The translations under genes and the position numbers were made by a program. The notes under the pieces are model-generated. The model was not told the origin of the DNA. It was given only the letters and a program-made list of their open reading frames with translations, and did not search any database. Positions 39,754-50,000 of a stretch of 64,000 nucleotides of DNA are shown here, one piece after another (positions within the stretch are counted from its first letter, which is position 1; the number at the start of each line of letters is the position of its first letter). This DNA is from an uncultured Verrucomicrobiae bacterium (lineage in GTDB: Bacteria; Verrucomicrobiota; Verrucomicrobiia; Limisphaerales; JAFGQR01): the NCBI GenBank assembly GCA_963788655.1, contig CAWBHS010000060.1:288001-352000 (forward strand). The letters are read 5' to 3'.

Positions 39754-41622
39754 ATGGCGAGCCCGAATCCAATCCAAAACGGCGAGCATGACGGCACGCT
39801 GCAGTCGCTTAATGAATTGCGCCGGTTTGCCGGTCCGCCGCGCGATTTCTGGCCGCGTTACCTGGCGTGTCTGGGCCAACTTTGCGCGGCCAGCCGGGTG
39901 GTCCTCTTGGTCCGCAATGCCGCGGGTACCGAAGGCTGGAAAAAACTGGTCGAATGGTCGGCCGAAGGCGGGGCCGCAAAACACGGCGCGGTATTCGCCA
40001 GCCAACTGGAGACGGTGGCGGAACGTTGCGCGCAGGACACCCATTTCGTCAGCCCGCTGGCCACCGCGGCGGGCCGCGGCAATGGCGCTTTCATTCTCGC
40101 TGACAAAATCCGGCTTCTGCGCGCCGAAGAGCAATGCGTCGCGGTCTGCCTGTTGCCCGAAGCCAGCGAAGCCTCCGCCCGCGAAACCCTTTTACGCCTG
40201 AACCTCGCCGCGGACACGCCATCCTCGTACCAGGAAAACCTCGCCGCCCAGCAAGCCAAAGCGGACGTCGAAAAATTGGCGGGTGCCCTGGACCTGATGA
40301 TCCAAGTGAATGCCGAGAAGAAGTTCGTCGCCGCCGCCCTGGCGTTTTGCAACGGCCTGGCCACCCGGTTCGGTTGCGACCGCGTCAGTCTCGGTTGGCT
40401 GCAACGCGGCTACATTCGGCTGCGCGCGATCAGCCGCACGGAGAACTTCAACCGCCAGATGGCCGCCGCGCAAGCCCTCGAAACGGCCATGGAAGAAGCC
40501 CTCGATCAGGACGATGAAGTCGTTTGGCCGGCGCCGGAAGAAGCCACGGTGGTTGCCCGCGACCATGAAGCGTTTGCCCGCGAACAAAAAGTCGATTACC
40601 TCTGCTCGCTGCCACTGCGCGTCGATGACAAGGTGGTGGCGGTCCTGACGTGCGAACGCCAAAGCGCCGCCTTTTCCGCGGCTGAACTCCAGCAACTGCG
40701 GCTCTGTGCGGACACGGCCGCGCGGCGCCTGGCCGACTTGCGGCACTACGATCGCTGGTTTGGGGCGCGGTGGGCCACCACCGCCCGCGAACAGTTGGGC
40801 AAAGTCGTCGGCCCGGAGCATACCTGGATCAAAGTGCTGACCCTGGTGATTGTGGCGCTGTTGGCGGTCCTGTTCTTTCTGCGCGTGCCCTACCGGGTGG
40901 AAGGCAACTTCGTTTTGCGCAGCGATGAGGTGGCTTATCTGACCGCGCCATTCGACGGCTACATTGACAGCGTACCGGTTCGTCCCGGCATGGCCGTCAA
41001 GGCTGGCGATCCGCTGCTGCGTTTTAAAACCAGCGAACTCGAGTTGGAGGAATCCGCAGCGCTGGCCGACTGGAACCGTTACCAGCGCGAAGCCGAAAAG
41101 TCCCGCGCCGCTAATTCGCTGGCCGAAATGCGGATTGCCGAGGCCATGGCCAACCAGGCCAAAGCCCGGCTGGACTTGACGCGATACCGGATCAACCAAG
41201 CGGTCATCAAATCACCGTTTGCCGGTGTGATTGTGGAAGGCGACCTGCGCGAGCGTCTCGGGTCGCCCGTGAAACAGGCCGACGTGCTGTTTAAAGTGGC
41301 GCGCGTGGATACGCTGTATATTGAAGCTGAAATCAACGAACGCGACATCCATGAAATTATCGGCAAGCACACCGGCGAAATGGCGTTCGTGAGCCAGCCC
41401 CAGCTCAAGTTTCCCATCCGCATCGTGAACATCGAACAAGCGGCGTTTCCCAAGAACGAGAAGAACGTGTTCCAGGTCCGTTGCGCGGTCGAAGGCGGTC
41501 CGCAGCCCTGGTGGCGTCCCGGCATGAGCGGCCTCTGCAAATTCAACGTCGAAAAACGGACTCTCATCTGGATCGTCAGCCACCGCACCGTCGATTTCTT
41601 GCGGATGTTGTTTTGGTGGTGA
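39754..41622 (+). CDS. GAF domain + HlyD-family membrane fusion protein
   Basis: CDRVSLG, AMEEALDQD, TM segment, APFDGYI, SPFAGVIVEGDL, WRPGMSG, C-terminal LRMLFWW. Confidence 0.88.
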   Translation: MASPNPIQNGEHDGTLQSLNELRRFAGPPRDFWPRYLACLGQLCAASRVVLLVRNAAGTEGWKKLVEWSAEGGAAKHGAVFASQLETVAERCAQDTHFVSPLATAAGRGNGAFILADKIRLLRAEEQCVAVCLLPEASEASARETLLRLNLAADTPSSYQENLAAQQAKADVEKLAGALDLMIQVNAEKKFVAAALAFCNGLATRFGCDRVSLGWLQRGYIRLRAISRTENFNRQMAAAQALETAMEEALDQDDEVVWPAPEEATVVARDHEAFAREQKVDYLCSLPLRVDDKVVAVLTCERQSAAFSAAELQQLRLCADTAARRLADLRHYDRWFGARWATTAREQLGKVVGPEHTWIKVLTLVIVALLAVLFFLRVPYRVEGNFVLRSDEVAYLTAPFDGYIDSVPVRPGMAVKAGDPLLRFKTSELELEESAALADWNRYQREAEKSRAANSLAEMRIAEAMANQAKARLDLTRYRINQAVIKSPFAGVIVEGDLRERLGSPVKQADVLFKVARVDTLYIEAEINERDIHEIIGKHTGEMAFVSQPQLKFPIRIVNIEQAAFPKNEKNVFQVRCAVEGGPQPWWRPGMSGLCKFNVEKRTLIWIVSHRTVDFLRMLFWW

Positions 41623-41689
41623 TGCTCGTCCGATTTGTTCCCTCGTTGGGAACCACTTCCTTTTGCCCACCGGCCCAAGGCCAAGGCAA

Positions 41690-41945
41690 TGAGGCATCAA
41701 GTCAGGAGGTGTTTCTCGACGAATTACAGCGGGCTGGGGCCTCGCACAGTTTCACAACCTGGCCCGGCTACGAGGTTGCGGGTCGGCCCATTGATCTTTT
41801 GGTGGAGAAACGTGGCCACTCGTTGGGTTTTGATCTGGTCGGCTATCCTGGCCAGTTCGCCAAGGCTTTTGACCTCGAAAAATACCGCTTGTTTCAACGG
41901 GCCGGCCGGCCTTTGTTTCCACTGTCATTCTCAGCGTGGCGCCGG
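41690..41945 (+). pseudogene. Relic of a restriction-endonuclease-like C-terminal domain (as on SF1 helicases)
   Basis: WPGYEVAGRPIDLLVE...GFDLVGYPG...YRLFQRAG..LFPLSFSAW without the upstream domains. Confidence 0.45.
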
Positions 41946-41949
41946 ACAC

Positions 41950-42420
41950 GCACGAAACCGAACGCCGACTCACCGGGCAATTGCAGGCCATGATGGCTGA
42001 TCCGCAGAACCGCGGCCGGGTCGTCGCGCATCACTCGGTGGATTTGATTATTCCCATCCTCGATCCCGAAGGAAATGACCGCGAGGATTTCCTGCGTTGG
42101 ACCGTCAAGCCGGTCATGGCCCATCCGACGACGCCCCAACAGTTGAAAACCCTCGAGGCTGAAACGCGCGATTATTTGGCGGCGAGTTTTTCCTCGCTGC
42201 GTTCCGAGCTAAAAGCCAAAGCCAAGACCAAGGGGACCTACGGCCAATTGGATTTCATACAGATTTGGCCATCGTGCGGGACCAACTGCCTCCAGCCATC
42301 GAAGAAACCCGGCGTTACCAAACGTTGCAAGTGCTCGTCAATTGCACCCGCCGCAATCTGCTGCCCGATCCCGACGCCACCGAAGCCCAGCGGGAAGAAT
42401 GGAGCGCTGAACTGCAAGGT
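41950..42420 (+). pseudogene. Internally deleted AAA ATPase relic
   Basis: HETERRLTGQLQAMMADP, DLIIPILDPEG and PPAIEETRRYQTLQ.LVNCTRR spread over two frames. No Walker A. Confidence 0.55.
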
Positions 42421-43067
42421 GCGGTAGGGCGAGACTCCGTCGAGCCCAAATTTCCCCGCATCGCTGGCGCCGATCCAGAAGCGGTGTCGGTGGGAAGGCT
42501 TGGGCGCTCGATCGTTAGAGATTTCTCGTTGGTTATATCAGGGTTCGCGAACACGCTCGCGCTCCAATGGACGACTCAGCGGCGGCCGTCAATGAACCTT
42601 CGTCTCCCCCACTACTCTGGGATTTGGTCCTTGGTCATTGTTCCTCGGTTATGCCGTAATTCAGCTAAGCCGGATGGAGAAGCTTTCCACATAGTCAAAG
42701 TCACTGCCGCTAAAAACATCCTACCGCAGTCGTTTTCATGAAAGAACGCGCAGTTTTCTCCGTAGATAACGGGCATACAGGAGAATTGTTATGGGTAGTC
42801 AGGTGGAATGGATTGAGGATGGGGCAGGTGCCGGGAGGGAAACGGGCGATTGTGGCGCTGCTTTGGCCGCGAAATGCCACGCCCCGCCCGGCCAGCTTCC
42901 CCGAGCTTTATTGCCGACAGGGGCGCTGGCGCCAAGCGATGGATTCCCAAGCTGAGCAGGAACCACGCGGCCCGGCGTTTGCCCATCCAATGGGTGACCG
43001 TCGCTGCTGAGAGCTGGACAATTGCTATCGGTGCCAAGGCCGAACGTCGGGCGATGACGGGCACCTT

Positions 43068-43733
43068 TTGAAGCTGCACGCGCAGCTCCTGGCCGGAGAC
43101 ACCCATGCCGCCAATTTGATCGCCGAGTTTCTTCTGGCAAAGTTGATACGAAAAGTTCACGCCTATTTCCGAAGTCGGGACACCCAGTTAGTTTCCGACG
43201 CCGTTACCGATGCCCTGTTGGATTATATCAATAAGCCCCATAATTTTGATGCGAGCCACGGAAAAGGTTTGGGGTCGTTCCTTTTGCAAGAAGCCCAATG
43301 GCGCCTGGAGACACTTCAACGTTCCGAAAGACGCCGGGTCCGCCGCCAACAGGAGTTCAGCGCCGCGTGCCAATTCGAGATGGAATCGGTCTTGTCGGCG
43401 GAAAACAGTCAATGCGATCGCCTTCTGAACACGGATGCGCCGCTTGAAGAGCTACTTGCGCAGTGCGCGCAAGCCTTTTTAAGCCCGACTGATCACGCCA
43501 TCATCGAGTTGATGGCCAGGGGCACGCGGAAGACGGAGGACTTTGCCTCAGTCATGGGCTTGCGGCACCTGGAGTCCGACGCAAGGCGCAAGGAAGTAAA
43601 ACGCGCCAAGGACCGCATTTCGAAGAGGCTTCAACGTCAGATGCGGAACCTTGCCCGGAAGTATTTTGAGATTTCCAAAGAAAGTTTGTCGAACTTCGCC
43701 TTTGGCGGCGCATTAACAAGTAGAAGGCCATGA
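43068..43733 (+). CDS. ECF-like sigma-70 family protein
   Basis: Region-2-like DAVTDALLDY..P..FD..LGSFL and region-4-like FASVMGL..EVKRAKDRISKRL. Confidence 0.65.
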   Translation: MKLHAQLLAGDTHAANLIAEFLLAKLIRKVHAYFRSRDTQLVSDAVTDALLDYINKPHNFDASHGKGLGSFLLQEAQWRLETLQRSERRRVRRQQEFSAACQFEMESVLSAENSQCDRLLNTDAPLEELLAQCAQAFLSPTDHAIIELMARGTRKTEDFASVMGLRHLESDARRKEVKRAKDRISKRLQRQMRNLARKYFEISKESLSNFAFGGALTSRRP

Positions 43734-44003
43734 AGTCGCAAGATGCAAACGAATGATGTCACGAAAACGCGGAACACTGCGCGGATGGATCGGCCGGTTA
43801 TTATCACCGCCGCGAGTTGCGACCTGCCCGTTGGGGCCGAGCGAATGAGTTTGGAGTTTAAACTCCAAATCCCAAGCCCGCGCCTGCGGCTTGAAAGACG
43901 GCGTACAGGCGGCCAGAGGCGGGTCCGGCACGGGCGCAACGGCTTTGGCCTTCTGAAGGAAAAAGGTAACGCATTCAAACTCAGCATGATCTCGGCATGA
44001 ACC

Positions 44004-47000
44004 ATGGAAAGTGAGCTTATGAAATCAAACATACGAACCAGCCTATATGCGGCGTTGGCAGTATTAAGTGGCGGCGCCTTCGCGGCCACCCCCTTGGCCG
44101 CCTCTGCGCCAGTGGTGGTTGAGCGAGGCCCGAGCCACCGTGTTTGGCAGCGGACCACCTACGTGCAAACCCCCTCGGGGAAACGACTCCCGCGGGTGTC
44201 CCGCTACGTTGAACTGGCCACTGGCATGCATTACTGGGAGGATGGTCAGTGGAAAGAGAGCCGGGCAGAAATCGAGCTCGCCCCCGACGGAGCCGTCGCC
44301 CGCCGAGGATCGCACAAAGTGAGCTTCGCCCCGAACATCAACACCCGAGGGTCGATTGCCCTGGAAACCGAGGACGGCAAACATTTTCGCAGTCATATAT
44401 TGGGTTTGGCGTACACGGACGAAGCCTGCGGCCAGAGCCGCATGATCGCCACGATCAAGGATTCGATTGGGGAATTGACTCCGCCCAACCAGGTCCTCTA
44501 TCCCGACGCCTTCACCGATTACAGAGCCGATGTCCGGTACACCTATACGAAAGCCGGATTCGAGCAGGACATCATCCTGCGGGAGCAATTGGATTCTCCC
44601 GCCACCTATGGGATGAATCCAGAAACAACCCGCTTGGAAGTGTACACCGAGTTTGTGGAGGCGCCCACACCAATCGCAGTGCAGACCGTCGTGGTCGCCG
44701 AGGGAACAGACCCGCGAATTGCGCAGACTCTGCAGGAGCCGGACTTGGTGGATGAGCAATTGGACTTTGGCGCGATGCGGATGGGGCCGGGCCACGCATT
44801 CCCGCTGGAGGCGCGACCACAGATGCGCGATGAGGCGACGCCTACCGGCAAGCGTGGGAGCAGGCGCGAGGGGCGGCAGTTGCTCATTGAAAAAGTCGAG
44901 TATTTCCAGATTGCGCCGCAGTTGGACCAGTTGCCAAAGTCGGCGGCCGTGGCGGCTCCAAACGCAAGACGATGTTAGCCAGTCAGGGTAACACCAGCAG
45001 CACAATTGGCAGAAGCTTTCTGCCTGCCTCCCCGCCCGTTCGCATCGAAAAGCCCCAGATGCAACTGGCCCAGGCAGGACGCGCGGAAAGCGGGCTGGTC
45101 CTGGACTATCAGACCATGAGCAGTTCAAGCAATTATACCTTCCAGAGCCGGACTCACCTATTACGCCAGCGGCAGCGTGAATTTAAGCGGCACCACCACA
45201 ATACAAGGCGGAACGGTCGTGAAGTTCGGGCAATTGCACGCATCACCTTCCGGGGCCGATTGACTGCAGCACCAGCGCGTATCTGCCGGCAATCTTCACG
45301 GCCAAGGATGATGACACCGTCGGCGAAACAATTAGCGGGTCCAGTGGTTCACCAGCCAACTGGTATGGCTACCCTTTCTACCTGACGGGCGCTTCGGATT
45401 ACAAGCTGCACGATCTCCAATGCCGGTATATGACGAGGGCGTTCAGGTGATTAGCGCGGTTAGCGAGCTTTGAGCTGTCGGCATGCGCAAGCCGCAGCAG
45501 GGTTACATCGGCGTTCTGACTGAAAAAGCCCCGTTACCCTGCGCAACGTGTTGATTCGACAACGATCTCACCGTCGGCAATTCAATTGCGACGTCACTCG
45601 GCTGACGCATCGAGGTAGAGCAGGTGAACTTTTCATCAGTATCCGAACTTAAATACCATGGGGCTCCGGCACCTTGAACCTGACCAACACCCTGCTGATT
45701 GCAGTGACCAACGTCTGGTTTACTCGGGAAGCAACGTGGAAACCAACCTGGACGACACGGGCATCTTCCAAACCGTGGGCGCGGGCGCGCACTATTTGGC
45801 GGCAGACAGTGAGTATCGGGATGCCGGCACCACCAACATCAACGCTGATCTGTTGGCCGACCTCAAAAAGATGACGACCTATCCGCCGACGGAATTCACC
45901 AACAGCCTCATCTCCGAATCGGTAACTTGGAGCCCCCAAGCGCTCCGCGATACCGACACACCGGATTTGGGTTACCATTACCCACCGCTGGATTACCTGC
46001 TGGCAGATGTCACGGTGACCAATGCCACCGTGCTGGTAACCAACGGAGCCGTCATCGGCGTTGACGCTGCGGCGACCAATTGGGGCCTGTGCTTGGACAA
46101 CGGAGCGCTGGTGCTCAGTGAAGGGACACCATCGGCCCTCAACGTATTTGTGCGGACCCACTGCGTCCAGGAATTGCCCTGGGGCAACAGGACCAACGGC
46201 GCCCCCATGTTTGCCGATGTTTACCCGGCTCCCGACGTTTCCCCCATTACCAAGTTCCGGTTTACCGATTTTCCCATGCTCAATGGGACCTACCTGTTCA
46301 ATCAAAATCCTGATGAAGGATTTGTCGATCCGATGATCTTCCGGGATTCGCAAATCCGCGGTGGCTACTTCCAGACCTCGCCCGGCGTATCGAACGTCAC
46401 GATGGCGGTAACGAATACCCTGCTGGAACGGGTCAACACCACGCAAAACTCCAGTTTTCCAACCGTGTTGGAGTTGCGCAACTGTTTGTTCGAGGAAGGC
46501 TTGCTGGTGCTCACCAACGCTGCCGGCAGTTCGTGGAAGGCGACTGACAACCTGTTCGACAAGACCAGCGTAACGAACGGCGGCGGGGCCACCTTGTCCA
46601 GTAGCTACAATGGTTACGTGACCAACTACAGCCAACTGTATCCCTCCAGCGCCAACGACGTCATTTTGACCAACAGCACGTTGGATTTCGTGGTTGGTCC
46701 CTTGGGCGATTATTACTACCCAACCAATGGCGGGCTGCTGAGCACGTTGATCGACGCGGGCAGCATGAACGCCACCAACGCGGGCTTTTACCACTACACG
46801 ACGACGACCAACCAAGTCATGGAAACCAACTCGGTGGTGGACATTGGCTACCACTACCTGGCCGTGACGAACGTGGACGGAGTGTGGTTGCCCATCGACA
46901 GCGATGGGGACGGGCTCTCTGACGGCGACGAATTCTATAGCTATGGGACCGATCCTAATGATCCCGACAGCGACGACGATGGCATGATCGATCAACCCTT

Positions 47001-47046
47001 TGCGGTTTGGATCACCCGACCCGATCCCACGCACGACCTGCCTTAA
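44004..47046 (+). CDS. Large secreted protein (~1000 aa) with C-terminal Ca-binding DxDxDG repeats, broken by indels at ~44960-45660
   Basis: Signal peptide, VVERGPSHRVW N-domain, Thr/Asn-rich body, DSDGDGLSDGDE..GTDPNDPDSDDDG. Confidence 0.7.
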
Positions 47047-47099
47047 CCCCCGCCAAGTTAATGACCAACGCGAACAATGTTAGAAGGAGACTACTTGCT

Positions 47100-50000
47100 A
47101 TGAAAAATACGATTCAAACATCTTGGCGGCGCTTGGTTTGCCTCACCAGCTTAATGGCCGGTGTGCTTGGCTGCGGAGGGTCGCTGGTGGCCGCGCCTGC
47201 CGAACCGACCCTGCACGAACAGATTGCGCACGCCACCGACATGGGCGTGCCGTTGGTGTGGGTTGGAAGCGGAACCGGCGCTGAGGTGGCCGACCAGGCC
47301 CTGTGGCAGGCCTTCGGGCAATTGCGGACCGCAGGTGTCGAGGCCGGCGCCCAGGCCTTTGAGCAATTCACGGCGATGTTTCCTGAGTCGGGCTGGACAC
47401 CCGCCTTGCGGCTGAAGCTCGCCCAATACTATCGGCGGGGCGGTCGCTTGAGCCAGTCGTTGGCCCAGTGTCAGGCTGCCTGGATGGCCACAGCGGGTGA
47501 AAAAGCGCCGACGGCCAAGGCTTTGGCCGACGAGGTGTTATTGCTCTGGGGCCAAACGATGGGGGACTTGGGCCAGACCGCCGCCTTGGACGACTTGTTG
47601 GGCACGGTCGGGGACCGGGCGATGGCCAATATCCATTCGCAGCGCAAGTTCATCCTGCTGCGCAAGAACCTGGATGGCATGAAGTCGCGGTTGGCCGGGT
47701 TGAACCACTTCAAATGCGGCGTCGATGCGGTGGCGCAAATGGCCTTCAATACTCGGTTATTGATCGATCCATGTGAGGTGCTTAACGTGGCGGCATCGCC
47801 GGACGGTTTTTCGCTGGCGGACCTGGTGCGGCTGGGCCGGCGGTTGCGAATGGAACTGGTGGCGGTGCAACGGCTGGGCGGCAACGAACTGATCGTGCCC
47901 AGCGTCTTTCATTGGAAGCTCAACCACTACAGCGCCATCGTCGGCCGGACCAATGGCCTCTACAAAGTGGTCGATCCGATTCTGGGCGGCGTCCGGTGGT
48001 TGAGCGCCGACGTCATCAACGACGAAGCCAGCGGGTACTTTTTGGTGGGCCCAACGGCTGCCCTGCCGGCGGACTGGCGCCGGCTGGAACCGCAAGAAGC
48101 CAAGGGAGTCTGGGGCAAGGGGGGCAATGAAGTTGCGCCCCTGTCCAGTCCACCCCCGTGCGGAGTGCTGGGTTTAAGCTGTCCTTCCTGCAAGCTGGGC
48201 GGTCCCAGCTTTATCGCCAGCAACATTGGAGGCTGCGGGGGCTGCGGGGCCAGCGGAGCGATGACGAGTTTTTGGAGAGGCTATGAACCGATCGGCGGAA
48301 GCCCCAGCCCGGTCTTTGAGGAATCCTATGTTCCTCAAGCCCTGCTCAACACCGGGCCTTCAGGCATGCCCTCGTGGACGGTCGAGGAACCTTATATGTC
48401 AGTTTGGTTGGTGGACGAACCGATGCGCTACCACCCCAGCCGCGGACGGGACGTCAGCCTGAAGCTGACCTATCATGAACACGAAAGCCGGCCGGAGTCC
48501 TCCTCCATTTTCAGCTTTGGAACGGGTTGGAATGCGAACATTCTCAGTTACTTGCTCCTTGATGGATATAACGTCACCGCGTATGCGCCGGGCGGCGGGG
48601 AGTGGCGCTATTACGGTTCGGAGCATGTTTCCCCGGGGCCGGATTATTGGAGTTACAGCACCGTGAGCACCATCGGGACTTCTTACCAAATCGCTTTTCC
48701 CGACGGGACGGCGTTGAAATACGAGTTGCTTGTTCCCGACGGCCTCGGGTCCACCAACGCCTTTCTGACCCAGACCGCCGATCCGGCCGGATACGGCCTG
48801 AGCTTCTACTACAGCACCAACAACAACGTTGTCCTGCTGACCGAATTCGTCGATCGCAATAGCCAAACCAACACCGTCCGGTACGATGACACCCTTACCA
48901 CTCAGGTTTCGGAGGTGGAGAACCCGTTCGGCCAGACCGTTCAATTCGAGTATGACGAGGACGGATTACTAACCAACCTGACCGACGTGGTGGGGCTGAG
49001 CAGTTCGTTCACGTATTCGAATTACGACAGCGTGCCGCTGCTGGCAAAACTGACCACCCCGTACGGGGACACTCATTTTGACTACGTGGAGCCAGATGCT
49101 TGTCTTTGCTTTGGCGGTGACACCAGCGCCATCCACGTCGTCGAGCCCAATGGGGCGAACCATCTTTATGTCTATAAAGACAGTTCGACATTCGTGCCCA
49201 ATAGTTACGACGATGCGCCTGAGGGCGTGCCAGTAGCAACGAGCACTACTACTGCACTTGACGGTGGGCTGTGCAATTACAACATGATGTATCGTAATAG
49301 CTTTTACTGGGGGCCCAATCATTACGGCCTGCTGAGCACCACCAATGTGTCGGAGTTGAGCAGCAACGATTTGCGTATCGCCCGCCTGCGCAACTGGTTG
49401 CACGACCAGGAAAACGGCTCATTCGATCTCAGGGTTTCGGGCACCATTAACTTGGAACGGGAGGCAAGCCCAGATGGGGTTATCGAAGGCCAGAAGACTT
49501 GGTATGGGTAGACGCGCGACCCCGATCATCCGGCGCCGAATTGGGAAGGGGACAATTCCCGCCCGTCGTGGGTGGCGAGGGTGCTGCCCGACGGCCAGAC
49601 CCGCTATGCGTACCAGGAATTCAACGCGCGCGGCAATCCCACCCTGGTGGTGACCACCAATCTTTTGGGCAGTACCTCCCAGTGCGTCACCAATTGGTAT
49701 GCGTACGACGAGGACGGCATCGACCTGCTGTCCGTCACCAACCAGGCCGGGGTGCGGGTGGCGGCCTTTAACTACAACAGCAGCCACCAGGTGCTGAACG
49801 TCACCAACGCCTTGGGCGAGGTCACCACTTATACTCACAACGAGGACGTTCCGTTTACCAGCGTCAAACGCCCCAGCGGCCTGACCACCACCAACCTCTA
49901 CGATAACCATTACTGGCTCACCACGACCATCGACCTGGAGATCAACCGCACCAATACCTATGCTTGGACCAATGGCCTGGTGCATACCCACACCGACGAG

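Noticed and set aside
42738..43070. Selenocysteine or readthrough at the in-frame TGA (43008-43010) upstream of the sigma-like ORF
   Set aside because: The upstream ORF looks non-coding, there is no redox motif context, and I could not support a SECIS hairpin.
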